This document shows, piece by piece, positions 46,152 through 56,839 of a DNA stretch of 64,000 bases. The stretch lies in NCBI GenBank assembly GCA_963678065.2, contig CAXXVZ010000003.1, forward strand, positions 2,240,001 to 2,304,000, written 5' to 3'. Numbering within the stretch: the first letter of the stretch is position 1; the number at the start of each line of letters is the position of its first letter. The notes beneath the pieces were generated by a model, which saw only the letters and a list, made by a program, of their open reading frames with translations, made no database searches and was not told the origin of the DNA. The position numbers and the translations under genes were made by a program. The DNA is from Treponemataceae bacterium (GTDB taxonomy: Bacteria > Spirochaetota > Spirochaetia > Treponematales > Rectinemataceae).

Positions 46152-48533
46152 TCATCGAAGTCGATCAAGCGCTTCGCCGAGTTTCTGGAGGCGTAGAGGC
46201 CGATCGTGCGCGAAGCGTGCAATCCTCTCCCTGATGTGGAATGGGGTGAGGTGGGCTTCATCGAGCACCTCATCGAGAGTGCCTCCCGTTCGCCAGCGGT
46301 TATCCCAGTCAGCCGACACTGAATACTCCTCACTGGTCTTTGAAAACAGCCAGTCGTGCATGAGCCATCGTGCCTGTGTGGTTATCACCATGGAATCGAT
46401 GCGGTCCGCATCGGAAAGAACAGATTCTCGGTATTGCGGCGACTGAAGCGAGAACAGTTGGTAACTGACCGCGCATACAACCTTTATACCGAGTTCATCC
46501 ATTTCCGGCAGAAGGGAGAGTATCGCATTCATGGCGCTCGTGCCCTGGATTATTACAGTTCCATTGTGTGGCCGTCCTGGAGCCGGAGACCGTACTACAT
46601 AGGCCCCCCGCGCTGCTTCAGTATGTGAGGGCATTCCCAATTTCTGCCGGTCGGGAATTTCTATGGCAGGACGTGTCAAGTGCAGTGCCACGATCGGAGC
46701 CTTCTGGCGAAAGGCCGCTGCCAGGACTACCGGGACCTCGTTGAACTCCCATGGATGGAGATTGATGACCTGCCCTTCGGGGAAAAGCTGCGTGACGCCG
46801 GGCTCGAATATTCCGAAATGAGTCCTGCTGTCATCGGCTGTTTCCGGTCCGGAGTGGCTCGCCACCCAAAGCACTTTCCCGATTTTCAGATCGCAATCTT
46901 GCGCCAACTGACTGAATAATCTGAATGGGCCGTAGAGGAGGTAGGAAAAAGAACCGTACGTCGATGTGGCGCCCCAAAATCCTTCGAATTCTTCAGCCGG
47001 GGTTCTGGCGATATTGCACGAGGCGATGCCGGCCATGATGCCGGCGTTTGCGAACTCAGTGATTTCCTGTGGCAGGAGCACGCCTTCTTCCGTGCCGGAA
47101 CGCTCATACCATCCATATCCGCGGAAATTGCCCTGAGGCCCGCCGAAACCGGCGATGTTGGTCGATCCCGCCAGATCGGCCGAGCTTGCAAGGAACAAGG
47201 GTTGGTCATAATTGGAGGCTCCAAAGCTGTTCACCCAGGCACCCCAACGCCCCAATGCCTCGCGATTGGCTCTCTTTTCGCCCGGCCTCGCGAAGAGCTC
47301 GGCGGGATAATTCGAAAAATCGTACAGTCTTCCGTCAAGGAATGGATTCCCGCGTTTTCCAAGTCTGTAGGTGGGGATTCTTTCCGGTACGCTCTCGCCG
47401 ATCGCCAGGAGGCGTTTGGCCAGTCTGTCGACGAGCGCCTCGTCTTCCCGGAGGACTTCGATCACTGTTTCCAGATTGGCCTTGAACTCGGCGCTCACGG
47501 CTTCTGGGCCGACTGGAGGCTCCCCTCCGAAATTGATGAAACGGGCTCCATATTTCCTGACGAACTCAGCCTTTGTCCGCCAGAAAATCTCGCTGTTCAT
47601 CGCATGCGGAGTTCCGTGCGAAGCATTGTCGTACTTCAGGTATCCGCGTCCTTTTCTCGTCTTGACCCAGATCGCTGTCGGCAGTTTCTTCGGGTTTTCC
47701 GCGCGCATCGTTTCCAGTAGCAGGTCGCATATCACATTGTAGTCTTCGCCTGCCTCCGTTCCAGCGACGCGCCACCCATGCGAACCAAACCAGTCTGTCG
47801 GCGATCCGTAGACCACGCTGCTCACCGGGTGATCATCTATCCCGAAATCGTTCCAATCGATGAGGAAAACCAGGTTGTTCAGCGCCAGTCCCCAGGCAGA
47901 GTTCATCGTTTCATGTGTCGCTCCGGGGGTGAGTCCCCCCTCTCCTTCCAGGACAAAGACTTTCACTTCATCGGCTCCGGCGCGCTTCAGCGCCACAGCG
48001 AGTCCCGCCGCAACGGGACTCCCATGACCTGATGCGCCGGTATTTGCCTTCACGAACAGCGATCGGCCCTGCATTTCCGGATGACCAGACAATCCTCCCC
48101 TTCTTCTGAAGCCGAGAAGATGTTCCACATACAAGGCGCGATGATCGGCATCAGCGATTTCATATCGCGGATCTCCGGTTCTGGAAAACTTGAGTCGCAT
48201 CGCTTCGTTCAAGACCGCCAAAGTGCAATAGACAAGAGGTGCGGTATGCCCGGCTCCCAGGACAAAACGGTCCGAAAATTGCTTCGTGAGATCACGTATA
48301 TCCCATCTCATGACACCACTGAGAAGTGTAGCGAGAAACAGCGGAAGTTTCGAACGGGATCCCCCGGGATGCCCGCTCTGTCGATAATTCAGGACGACAT
48401 CCATGAGCTGGTCGATTATATCTCTCAGCTTTTCCCATCCGGCGAAGTCGGGAAAAATCTCGCCAGCAAGTTCCCAATTTTTCGAGTCGCTTTCTTTCGT
48501 GTTAATTTCAGCACCTCGCTTTTCAATCACCAT
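46152..48533 (-). CDS. Transketolase-family ThDP enzyme (long, atypical)
   Basis: SGHPGGS, DRFVLGAGH, GHP, GEG...DWN ThDP motif, SADL, H.GP..ADDSRTH. Confidence 0.85.
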   Translation of the reverse strand: MVIEKRGAEINTKESDSKNWELAGEIFPDFAGWEKLRDIIDQLMDVVLNYRQSGHPGGSRSKLPLFLATLLSGVMRWDIRDLTKQFSDRFVLGAGHTAPLVYCTLAVLNEAMRLKFSRTGDPRYEIADADHRALYVEHLLGFRRRGGLSGHPEMQGRSLFVKANTGASGHGSPVAAGLAVALKRAGADEVKVFVLEGEGGLTPGATHETMNSAWGLALNNLVFLIDWNDFGIDDHPVSSVVYGSPTDWFGSHGWRVAGTEAGEDYNVICDLLLETMRAENPKKLPTAIWVKTRKGRGYLKYDNASHGTPHAMNSEIFWRTKAEFVRKYGARFINFGGEPPVGPEAVSAEFKANLETVIEVLREDEALVDRLAKRLLAIGESVPERIPTYRLGKRGNPFLDGRLYDFSNYPAELFARPGEKRANREALGRWGAWVNSFGASNYDQPLFLASSADLAGSTNIAGFGGPQGNFRGYGWYERSGTEEGVLLPQEITEFANAGIMAGIASCNIARTPAEEFEGFWGATSTYGSFSYLLYGPFRLFSQLAQDCDLKIGKVLWVASHSGPETADDSRTHFGIFEPGVTQLFPEGQVINLHPWEFNEVPVVLAAAFRQKAPIVALHLTRPAIEIPDRQKLGMPSHTEAARGAYVVRSPAPGRPHNGTVIIQGTSAMNAILSLLPEMDELGIKVVCAVSYQLFSLQSPQYRESVLSDADRIDSMVITTQARWLMHDWLFSKTSEEYSVSADWDNRWRTGGTLDEVLDEAHLTPFHIRERIARFAHDRPLRLQKLGEALDRLR

Positions 48534-49593
48534 CGTAGGTCAAAATCACTTTGATGGCTTCACGGCCGAGCATCAGTTTGAATCCTTCTTCCCACTTCGA
48601 TAGCGGGAGTCTGTGGGTGATCAACGACTTGGCGTCCAGCATGCCCCTTTTAAGAAGGTTGATGCTGTTCTTCCATGACACCGTGTTGTAGGCCATATGT
48701 CCCGTCAGCGTTACGCCCTTCATGGAAAGGTCGTTGATGGAGAATTCGAGAGGGGCGTATCCCATGCCAACCCTGACGATCTGGCCATTCGTCCTGATGA
48801 TTCCGAGCGACTGCTTCAGGACTGACGGGGCTCCCGCGCAATCGATGATCAGGGGAATTTCGTTCTTGCCGGCGATTTCTAGAATTCTCGCGGATGTGTC
48901 ATCCTCATCCCCGACGATCAGATGCGTCGCACCAAGTTTCTCCGCGACCTTGAAACGGACTTGTTTGTCCACACCCAACCCGACGAGTATGATATTGGCC
49001 GCCCCCATCAGTTTCGCCATCTGCAACGAAAACAAACCCAATGGTCCGGCGCCGAAGATGACCACATTCTCGCCTGGAAGCAACTGTGAACGCTGAGCCA
49101 CAGCCATGTATGCGTTGCTGATGGGATCGAGCAGCGCCGCTTCCTCGAACGAGATGTTATCGGGAATCCTGAACAAACAGTTCTTGTAGACTCGCATGAC
49201 CTGGCCCGGTATCTTCACGTATTTGGTGAATCCGCCGTCCATTCCCAAGCCTAGAGATTTCTTGTCCGGACACGTAAGGAAATTGCCGACGGAACAGGCG
49301 TAGCATTTCCCGCAGACGTATCCTGTGTTGTCGGATACGACCCTGTCGCCGATTTTCCAGTCGACAACATTCTTGCCGGCTTTGACTACGACGCCTGAAA
49401 ATTCGTGTCCCCATACCGAGAGTAGATCATTCGACCCGTTCTGGACCCCGAAATGCTTCAGGTCCGCTCCGCAGATCGCGGATGCCTTCACTTCCAGAAG
49501 CAGATCTTCGTCGCCGACCGCAGGTTCCGGGACGTCGATGTATTTGTATCCACCGAATAATGCAGGTGTGCCGTATCGTGCGAGAGCTTTCAC
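48523..49593 (-). CDS. ydjL: Zinc-binding dehydrogenase, YdjL homologue
   Basis: MKALARYG..FGGYK.IDVP, AICGAD.KH, GHEF closely match E. coli YdjL as recalled. Confidence 0.82.
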   Translation of the reverse strand: MKALARYGTPALFGGYKYIDVPEPAVGDEDLLLEVKASAICGADLKHFGVQNGSNDLLSVWGHEFSGVVVKAGKNVVDWKIGDRVVSDNTGYVCGKCYACSVGNFLTCPDKKSLGLGMDGGFTKYVKIPGQVMRVYKNCLFRIPDNISFEEAALLDPISNAYMAVAQRSQLLPGENVVIFGAGPLGLFSLQMAKLMGAANIILVGLGVDKQVRFKVAEKLGATHLIVGDEDDTSARILEIAGKNEIPLIIDCAGAPSVLKQSLGIIRTNGQIVRVGMGYAPLEFSINDLSMKGVTLTGHMAYNTVSWKNSINLLKRGMLDAKSLITHRLPLSKWEEGFKLMLGREAIKVILTYDGD

Positions 49594-49700
49594 AACAACC
49601 TCCTCCGATATAATCTATGACGCCATCCCTATCGGATGCGCCTTTGCCGTATCTTGCAAACACCATCAGAGCGGCAGTTTCACGAAATCAGGACGAGGCA

Positions 49701-50564
49701 TCAAATCCCCGCAGCCCGGAAAACTGTCCCAAGGCAGGCTGCAGCATCCGCCACCGCCTGATCTAACGGCATGCTGGCGTATCGGTCCGTCGTCGGCCGC
49801 ATCGGTTCGACTATCACTGGTCCATCGTATCCACCACGGCACAGTTCCTTCAGTACCGACACGGAATCGATGATACCGTTCTCCATCGGCATCCCACGCT
49901 CGCTGTCGATCTGATCTTCCCGCGAATACTTCGGGCAGGCATCGTTGATATGAACATTCACTATTCTGCCGGTGTTGCGGGCGGCCAGATAGAGATCGTC
50001 CATCCTCCCCCCGGAACAGTACCAGTGGATGGTATCGAAGACGAATCCGATCCGCCTGTCGACGTAGTCCGCCAGGGCCATTATTCCCCCCAGAGAATGG
50101 ATAAATGGATTCCTGAAACTCGCGCGTACGGTTCTCGGTCCCATGAATTCGAGACCGTATTGTATTCCGCTGTCATCGAGGATTGCATACACCTTGCGCA
50201 TCCGCGCCGCGTGCCACCCGAAGTTTTCTTCGTATCCTCTTTCATCGTTCCCTGGCCAAATGTGGTTGTAAGCCCTTGTACAACCGGCGGCCTTTGCCCT
50301 CTGAGCCCATTGCGCAAGGAGCCGAAGCGCATCGTTGAAGGCATCATCAGGAACCTTGTACAAGTCGCAGGGTGTCATGATCAGGCCCCACCTCATGCCG
50401 AGAGCGGCCAGTCGCGCGCCCGCCTCCTTCGCCCCCTCGATCGTGTCGAAGGCTCCAGCTGGCATCTCTATCCCCTCGAAGCCGTTTTTTGCGGCCGCGA
50501 CAAGCAGATCCTCGAAGCCATACTTCGTAAGTCCCATCGTCCTTGGATTCAAGTTCATGTACAT
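49701..50564 (-). CDS. Sugar phosphate isomerase/epimerase (xylose isomerase-like TIM barrel)
   Basis: GFEGIE, GLEF, D..HW, VHIND, R.MP..G.ID, GYDG...VE; start adjusted to ATG 50564. Confidence 0.85.
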   Translation of the reverse strand: MYMNLNPRTMGLTKYGFEDLLVAAAKNGFEGIEMPAGAFDTIEGAKEAGARLAALGMRWGLIMTPCDLYKVPDDAFNDALRLLAQWAQRAKAAGCTRAYNHIWPGNDERGYEENFGWHAARMRKVYAILDDSGIQYGLEFMGPRTVRASFRNPFIHSLGGIMALADYVDRRIGFVFDTIHWYCSGGRMDDLYLAARNTGRIVNVHINDACPKYSREDQIDSERGMPMENGIIDSVSVLKELCRGGYDGPVIVEPMRPTTDRYASMPLDQAVADAAACLGTVFRAAGI

Positions 50565-50596
50565 TCGACGATCCCCTCTGGTTACTGTCTGCCGAC

Positions 50597-51235
50597 TTAT
50601 GTCACGACCTTGATGGCAAGTATCCGCTCGATCTCCGACTGGGGAATATCGACCATTGGTCCGAGTTGTTTCGCGATCGATGCAATCCGCGCGAATTTCT
50701 CCGCGGATTCGATTCTCTGGAACGCCTTTTCCAGCGTCGAAGCTACGGCAAGAATGCCATGATTTCCCAGCAACACGAGGTTGCGATCCTTTAACAGACC
50801 TTTCGCTTGATCGAGAATGTCGTCCGAACCCGGTTTGCCATAAGGTGCCACAGGAATATCCTTGAAATGGAACAGGATTTCCGGATGGCATTTGTAATCG
50901 ATCGGTATGTGGCAAATCGCATACGCAGTGAGATATACGGGATGGCAGTGTATTACAGCGCATATATCGTCGCGCACCTGGTAGGCTCCCTTATGCATCA
51001 GCAGTTCCGACGAAGCCTTCTTGGTTCCGGAAATCTGGACTCCTTCCTGATCGAATACTACGATCAATTCCTCCGTGAGTTCGCTCTTCCTCGTGCGTGC
51101 GGGCGTGATATACAGTAACCCGTCTTTTTTCGTCGAAAGGTTGCCCTCGAAGGTGTTCACCAACTGGGCTTCTTCCATCTTTTTGGCAACCCTTATAATT
51201 TCCTTGATGACTTCCGTATCTATCCGTGCGTTCAC
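50597..51235 (-). CDS. Class II aldolase/adducin family protein (FucA-like)
   Basis: EGNLS, ITP, SSELLMH, HCHP, NHG. Confidence 0.88.
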   Translation of the reverse strand: MNARIDTEVIKEIIRVAKKMEEAQLVNTFEGNLSTKKDGLLYITPARTRKSELTEELIVVFDQEGVQISGTKKASSELLMHKGAYQVRDDICAVIHCHPVYLTAYAICHIPIDYKCHPEILFHFKDIPVAPYGKPGSDDILDQAKGLLKDRNLVLLGNHGILAVASTLEKAFQRIESAEKFARIASIAKQLGPMVDIPQSEIERILAIKVVT

Positions 51236-51285
51236 TGTGGTCCTCCTGGTACCTGCCCTGGCCGGGCTCTATTCACACATCTGCC

Positions 51286-52770
51286 TCATGAATGGAACAG
51301 CCCCAGATTCTTCATTGATTCCAGCGCATCATTCCATCTGCTGTTCTGTTTACCTGTAAACTCGCGGACATCACAGGAATGCGATGCGACTTCCCTTATT
51401 TCGTCGGGGGAAGAGAGCTCCCCCGAAGCGTACAATTGCGTCAGTACATTCCCCATGGATGAAGCGATGTGGCTTCCACTCAAGACAGTCATCCCGAGCG
51501 CATCCGCAATCATCTGCAAGAGTGCGGAGTTCATGGTCCCGCCGCCTATCGCGACCAGCCCCCTATAGTTCACCTTCCCGGTTATCTTCTTCAGACACTC
51601 CAGACTCCACTTGATCTGCAGCGCGAAGCTCTCAAACAAACAACGGATAATTTCTCCCTTCGCGCTCACATCAGCTTGCCCCGTCTTCCTGCAATATTCA
51701 CGTATGGTCAACACCATATCGTCAGAATCGTGTCGGAAAACCGGATCATTGACATTCAGGTACGTCGAATTGACCGCATTTTCCGAAGCAAGAATATTCA
51801 GGTCCTGCTGACGAACTACCTCGCCATGCCTTTTCCACACCTCGATGCATTTGTTCACTATCCAGAAACCGGGGAAGTCTTTGCACAGCGAATTGGTACC
51901 GAAAGCGCCGGCGACATTCTTGAAATGGAATGTGTACCCTTCGTCGTTCACTATCGGCCCATCGGTCCGAGTACCGAATATTATGGATGTTCCGAGGCTC
52001 GCGAACAGCATCGAGTCGTCGAGAAAGGGAGCTGCAAGCAGAGCCGACTCGGTATCATGAGCGAACACATGTACGATTGCAGTTCCCTTGCCGCCGACTC
52101 CTCCGATCTCCGGGTCGTCGATCACTCCCGAAACCGTACCCCCCTCTACGAGCGGGGGAAACAGTCTCCGGGGAATGGACAGTCTCTCCATCAGTCGATG
52201 ATTCCAACCTGAATTCCCGATCTCCAGGAGACTGCTCACCGACGCTATTGTCTTTTCCGCCGTCTTCTCACCGGAAAAGAAATAGGTCAACAGATTTGCC
52301 AACGGAAGGAAGGTGACTCCTTCTTTCAGGGCAGGACTGTCCTCTCGGACATCGCGATACAGTTGCGCCAGGACACGCGACCTTACGGGGTAGATTCCTG
52401 TTTCCCGGTAAAGCTCGTCCATCGGCATTATCTCCGACATCTTCTCGAGTATTCCGCTCGTTCCATCATCCCTGTAGTGATATGGCATACCGATCAAACG
52501 GCCCCTTCCGTCGAGCACCCCGTAGCCGTTGCCGTATGTATCGATACCGAGCGATCTACACCCCCCCGAGTTGCATGTCAGACTTGCGATACTCTTCCTG
52601 ATCCCTTTGTAAATACCCAGGACATCTATATAGAGCGAGCCGAGCATCTTTATGGGCTCATCGCCGAACTCGATGGTTCCCATGGTAACTATTTTGTTGC
52701 CGTCAAACTGCGCCGCAAGAATTTTTACGCTTCCGGCCCCGACGTCGACAGCAACGGTGATATCGCCCAT
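51286..52770 (-). CDS. Rhamnulokinase-like FGGY kinase
   Basis: AVDVGAGS, GIDTYG, YHYRD, HDTESA, IGGG. Confidence 0.85.
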   Translation of the reverse strand: MGDITVAVDVGAGSVKILAAQFDGNKIVTMGTIEFGDEPIKMLGSLYIDVLGIYKGIRKSIASLTCNSGGCRSLGIDTYGNGYGVLDGRGRLIGMPYHYRDDGTSGILEKMSEIMPMDELYRETGIYPVRSRVLAQLYRDVREDSPALKEGVTFLPLANLLTYFFSGEKTAEKTIASVSSLLEIGNSGWNHRLMERLSIPRRLFPPLVEGGTVSGVIDDPEIGGVGGKGTAIVHVFAHDTESALLAAPFLDDSMLFASLGTSIIFGTRTDGPIVNDEGYTFHFKNVAGAFGTNSLCKDFPGFWIVNKCIEVWKRHGEVVRQQDLNILASENAVNSTYLNVNDPVFRHDSDDMVLTIREYCRKTGQADVSAKGEIIRCLFESFALQIKWSLECLKKITGKVNYRGLVAIGGGTMNSALLQMIADALGMTVLSGSHIASSMGNVLTQLYASGELSSPDEIREVASHSCDVREFTGKQNSRWNDALESMKNLGLFHS

Positions 52771-52804
52771 GCCTGTTCATCCAACCGATGGTACATTGCG
52801 ACGT

Positions 52805-53791
52805 TCACACGTCGATCGCCTCGGCTGCCTCCCTCATTGCGCGCACGTCGGTATCGGATAGCTCGAGGTCCGCCGCTTTTGCGTTTTCCGCGAGCTGATC
52901 GATGGTAGTCGCCCCGCTAAGTACATTGATGTTGTCGCCCTGGGCCAGTATCCATGCGATTGCCAAGTCCGGGATCGAACAATGATACTTTCCGCACAGA
53001 CCTGCCCAGCCCCGCATCATCGCCAAGGCTTTACGCATATTCTCCCGCTCGAACCACCGCTTGCCATTCTGGGCAGAACCTTTCGGCGGAACATAATCAT
53101 CGCCGATGGTTCCGGTCAGGAGTCCCTGCTCAAGCGGAGAATATGCCTGGAAAGTAATGGACCGCCTTCTGCATGCGGGCAGGATCTCACGCTCCACTTT
53201 CCGATCGAGGATACTGTACTTGCACTGGACAATATCGAGTTCGCCGTATTTCAAATACTCCGCGATATGCTCCGATGTCACGTTGGCAGCCCCGATTGCC
53301 CTGATCAGCCCTTCATCCTTCAGCTCGTTCAGTGCTTCCATCGTTTTCGATATAGGTGTGAAGAAGGGTTCGACGCTTTGCCAGTGAGTCATGTATACGT
53401 CGATGAAATCCGTCCCGAGTCGTTCGAGGCTCTCCTTGATCTCATCTTTTATCGATTCTTTCGAGAGATTCTTGTAGAGCTGCACATCACCGACTTTGTT
53501 GAAGAGGCTCCCGACACCTTTCCATGTGATGCCGCATTTCGTTATGAGCACGACGTCGTCTCTCTTGATCCTGGCAAAGGCAGCACCGACTACTTTTTCA
53601 CTGTTGCCGAAATTGTAGGCCGGAGCTGTATCGACGAGGTTGATCCCCAGAGCTTTGCAGCCCGCGATGGTCCTTATGCTTTCTTCGAGATTCGCGTCCC
53701 CGCCCCAGGCCGGTCCTCCCCCGATCGCCCAGGTTCCCAACCCGATCCTGGAAATTTCCATCTGCGTCTTTCCGAGTTTCATTGTATTCAT
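52805..53791 (-). CDS. ydjG: Aldo/keto reductase, YdjG homologue
   Basis: LGTWAIGGGPAW, GSLFNKVGD.QLYKNLS, YMTHWQSV.PFFTPI. Confidence 0.88.
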   Translation of the reverse strand: MNTMKLGKTQMEISRIGLGTWAIGGGPAWGGDANLEESIRTIAGCKALGINLVDTAPAYNFGNSEKVVGAAFARIKRDDVVLITKCGITWKGVGSLFNKVGDVQLYKNLSKESIKDEIKESLERLGTDFIDVYMTHWQSVEPFFTPISKTMEALNELKDEGLIRAIGAANVTSEHIAEYLKYGELDIVQCKYSILDRKVEREILPACRRRSITFQAYSPLEQGLLTGTIGDDYVPPKGSAQNGKRWFERENMRKALAMMRGWAGLCGKYHCSIPDLAIAWILAQGDNINVLSGATTIDQLAENAKAADLELSDTDVRAMREAAEAIDV

Positions 53792-53860
53792 CGAGGATTC
53801 CTCCAATCCGGTTTTCCGTAATCGATGCCTTTCCGCTTCACATCGTGCTCCGGAGACTCG

Positions 53861-54703
53861 TCACGCATTGGCCTTGCCGTCGCTCCCGAACAGGTGAATT
53901 TTCTCCATTGCCCGTCCTTTGATTGCCTTCCTGATCTCTTGCTGCAGAGCGAGGTAATTCAGTTTCCCCGCGTTATCCCCGATCGCGATCATCGCGGCCT
54001 GACCGAGTTCGGTATGGATGTTGATCTTTGTGCAGCCCAGCGAAATCGCTTTCCGCACATCCGCATCGCCGATTCCGGAAGCGCCATGCAGGACGAGGGG
54101 CACGTCGATGGCATTCCTGACCCTTTCCAGTATCGCGAAATCTATCTTCGGCTCCGAGCTGTACACGCCGTGCATGTTGCCTATCGCGACGGCGAGCGCA
54201 TCAGCACCCGTACCATCGATGAACTCCTTCGCCTGGTCCGGATCAGTGTATCCGTAACTTGCAAGAGCGTCCTCGTATTTCGTCTCCGCCCCCACATGGC
54301 CGAGCTCCGCCTCTACCGGGATTCCCCTGTGCTGGAATGCGTCGACGACTTCCTTCGTGAGCCTGATATTGATGTCGAGAGGATTCGCCGAGGCATCGAT
54401 CATCACGGATGTGAATCCAAGGTCAACTGCATGCTGGACGATTCCGAAATTTCTCCCGTGGTCCCAGTGGACTGCGGCCGGCACTGTGGCGGCTCGCGCC
54501 ATGGATATCATCATCGAAGCGAAATGGTCGATGTCAGTGTTTTTAACGAATCCTGTTCCGAACGAGAGAATGACGGGAGAAGCGCATTCCTCCGCCGCAT
54601 CCCTCGCTCCTTCGAGCATCTCCACGTTCCACACATTGAAGTGAGGAACTGCGTAGCGGCCTTTTTGCGCCTTGAGGAGCATTTCCTTCATAGATACGAG
54701 CAT
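53861..54703 (-). CDS. ydjI: Class II ketose-phosphate aldolase, YdjI homologue
   Basis: HFNVWN.EML, SFGTGFV, HWDHGR, AELGHVG.ET.YE.AL, KINIHTEL. Confidence 0.88.
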   Translation of the reverse strand: MLVSMKEMLLKAQKGRYAVPHFNVWNVEMLEGARDAAEECASPVILSFGTGFVKNTDIDHFASMMISMARAATVPAAVHWDHGRNFGIVQHAVDLGFTSVMIDASANPLDINIRLTKEVVDAFQHRGIPVEAELGHVGAETKYEDALASYGYTDPDQAKEFIDGTGADALAVAIGNMHGVYSSEPKIDFAILERVRNAIDVPLVLHGASGIGDADVRKAISLGCTKINIHTELGQAAMIAIGDNAGKLNYLALQQEIRKAIKGRAMEKIHLFGSDGKANA

Positions 54704-54740
54704 TCTCGCCTCCCTATGGCAGAACCCTGGACTACTTGCA

Positions 54741-55778
54741 TCACATTCTTATGACAGATTTGATGATCTCGTTTTTCCTGTCGACCGATTCGCGGAAAGC
54801 TCTCCGGACATCCTCGAATCCGTATATGTCCGTTACCATCGACTTGCCATCTATGCGACCCGAAGCTATCGCGGCTATGGTCGCTGGATACCTGTTCGCG
54901 TACCTGAAGACGGTCTGAATGCTTACTTCCCTGTTTATCTTCAGGAAATTTATCGGGGTATCGCCCGGTATGGTCCCGACAATCATGATCCTTCCGCCAC
55001 GCATGATCAGAGCGGGCGCAAGGCTCGCCGTCACGCGGGAACCCGCTGTCTCGAATACTATGTCGGCTCCCGGTTCCCCCAGGTATGCCTTGGCCGATTC
55101 GACGGTATCGGATTCCTTCGCATTCACTACGCAGGCGGCCCCGAGTTTCTTCGCCATCTCGAGCCTCTTTTCGATTACATCGACCACGACGATTTCGGAA
55201 GCGCCAAGCGCCCTGCATGCCTGAAGTGTCATGAGCCCGATGCATCCCGATCCGAGTATCACGATTTTCCTTCCCGGCCTCACGTCCGCCTGGAAGGCGG
55301 CGTGCATGCCGACCGCCGCAGGTTCGACCAATGCTCCTTCGATGTCATCCATACCTTCGGGAAGTTTGAACGTCATGCTCTGCGGATACGTGATATATCT
55401 CGCAAGGGCGCCTCGGTAGTTCGGGGAAGTGGCGAGAAAATCCATTTCCACGCAGAGGTTGTATCTCCCTTCCCTGCAGAATCTACACTTCCCGCAGGGC
55501 AGCCCCGGTTCTATGGTGACTCGATCCCCGACACGGAATGCGTCGCTTCCCGGACCGAGAGCCTCGATCACTCCGCAGCATTCGTGACCCAATCCGATCT
55601 TGGTTCCGGGATCTTTGGGTGGGATGTAGGGGCCTGATTCGAATGCGTGTATATCGGACCCGCAGATTCCCACACAGCCGACCTTTATCAGGACTTCGCC
55701 GTGCGCAGGAACCGGGATTTCAGATTCTTCGACGACGATCGATCCCGGCGACGACAGAATTGCTTTTACGTTATTCAT
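54741..55778 (-). CDS. ydjJ: Zinc-binding dehydrogenase, YdjJ homologue
   Basis: GICGSD.H.FESGP.IPPKDP...IGLGHEC, INFLKINREV.IQTVFRYANRYP. Confidence 0.88.
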   Translation of the reverse strand: MNNVKAILSSPGSIVVEESEIPVPAHGEVLIKVGCVGICGSDIHAFESGPYIPPKDPGTKIGLGHECCGVIEALGPGSDAFRVGDRVTIEPGLPCGKCRFCREGRYNLCVEMDFLATSPNYRGALARYITYPQSMTFKLPEGMDDIEGALVEPAAVGMHAAFQADVRPGRKIVILGSGCIGLMTLQACRALGASEIVVVDVIEKRLEMAKKLGAACVVNAKESDTVESAKAYLGEPGADIVFETAGSRVTASLAPALIMRGGRIMIVGTIPGDTPINFLKINREVSIQTVFRYANRYPATIAAIASGRIDGKSMVTDIYGFEDVRRAFRESVDRKNEIIKSVIRM

Positions 55779-55829
55779 GACTTTGAGGTTCCTCCCGATC
55801 GGTCCCGGATTGGATCACAATAGATTCTT

Positions 55830-56801
55830 TCAATGTGTCAGGAACTCGCGACAGTCCTCTCTCTTTCGCATGACCTCGAGTACCTGTGCCTTGTTCCGCA
55901 CACCGTTCGTGGCTCCCGACGCACCGACAGAAATCGACGCGACAGCGTTTGCGAATCGGCCGCATTCAACGATATCCGCTCCATCCAGGATTGCGGTTAT
56001 GAAGCCCGCGACAAAATTGTCGCCCGCTCCGATAGTGTCGACCGGCTCTTCATTCCTGTATGCCGGGACGATCAGGCGGAGATCGGCGTTCTTCACGAAG
56101 CAGCCAAGCTTTCCATTCTTGATGACAACGTTCTTGACGCCGGATCCCAGGAGCGCATCGGCGATTTCGTCGATATCCGTCAGTCCGGTCAAGTCCGAGG
56201 CTTCATCGTAGTTCGGAAAGAAATAATCGAGGTAGGCGAGCGCTTCTCGAATGTCAGCCAAACGCTTGCCGTCCCTGCTCTTCATCATATCCGCGCAGAT
56301 AATCAGTTTATGTTTTCTCGCTTCCCCGAACACAGTCATCAATCCATCGCGATCCAGTCTGGGGTTGATGAATATACTCGCGATATCGAGCAGCCGTGCG
56401 TCCTTGATGCGCGCGAGGTCGATATCCGCGGCACTGAACTTGAACGTGCTGCTGGACCGGCTGACGACGAATGTCCGTTCTCCGTCAGCGCGTACGAGCC
56501 CCACGCTGAGCGGTGTGTCGACATTTCTGTCGATGGCGACGCTGGAGATGTCGATCCCGTTTTCGTCACAATGGGAAAGAATGTATTTTCCCATCATATC
56601 ATCGCCCAGCAGAGTGATGAGGGCGACTCTCACTCCAAGCCTTGTCGCGATGACCGATACATTTGTGGCGCTTCCGCCTATGGTCGGGAATATTCTGTCT
56701 ATCGGGTACGAATCAATGCCGAATACGCTTGAATCCATAGGCTTCAAGGGAACGTCCAGCGCTGAATTCCCTATGCAGATCACATCGACTTTCTCGCCCA
56801 T
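55830..56801 (-). CDS. ydjH: PfkB-family sugar kinase, YdjH homologue
   Basis: DSYP.DRI, GERTFV, ASIF..P.LD, DTIGAGDNF. Confidence 0.85.
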   Translation of the reverse strand: MGEKVDVICIGNSALDVPLKPMDSSVFGIDSYPIDRIFPTIGGSATNVSVIATRLGVRVALITLLGDDMMGKYILSHCDENGIDISSVAIDRNVDTPLSVGLVRADGERTFVVSRSSSTFKFSAADIDLARIKDARLLDIASIFINPRLDRDGLMTVFGEARKHKLIICADMMKSRDGKRLADIREALAYLDYFFPNYDEASDLTGLTDIDEIADALLGSGVKNVVIKNGKLGCFVKNADLRLIVPAYRNEEPVDTIGAGDNFVAGFITAILDGADIVECGRFANAVASISVGASGATNGVRNKAQVLEVMRKREDCREFLTH

Positions 56802-56839
56802 CTACGAAAACCTCCGTCATTGGCAAGGGGGAATGCGAA

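Noticed and set aside
48490..48533. Possible ATT start for the transketolase after GAGGTG
   Set aside because: An in-frame ATG overlapping the ydjL stop already gives a plausible coupled start; the two cannot be distinguished from sequence alone
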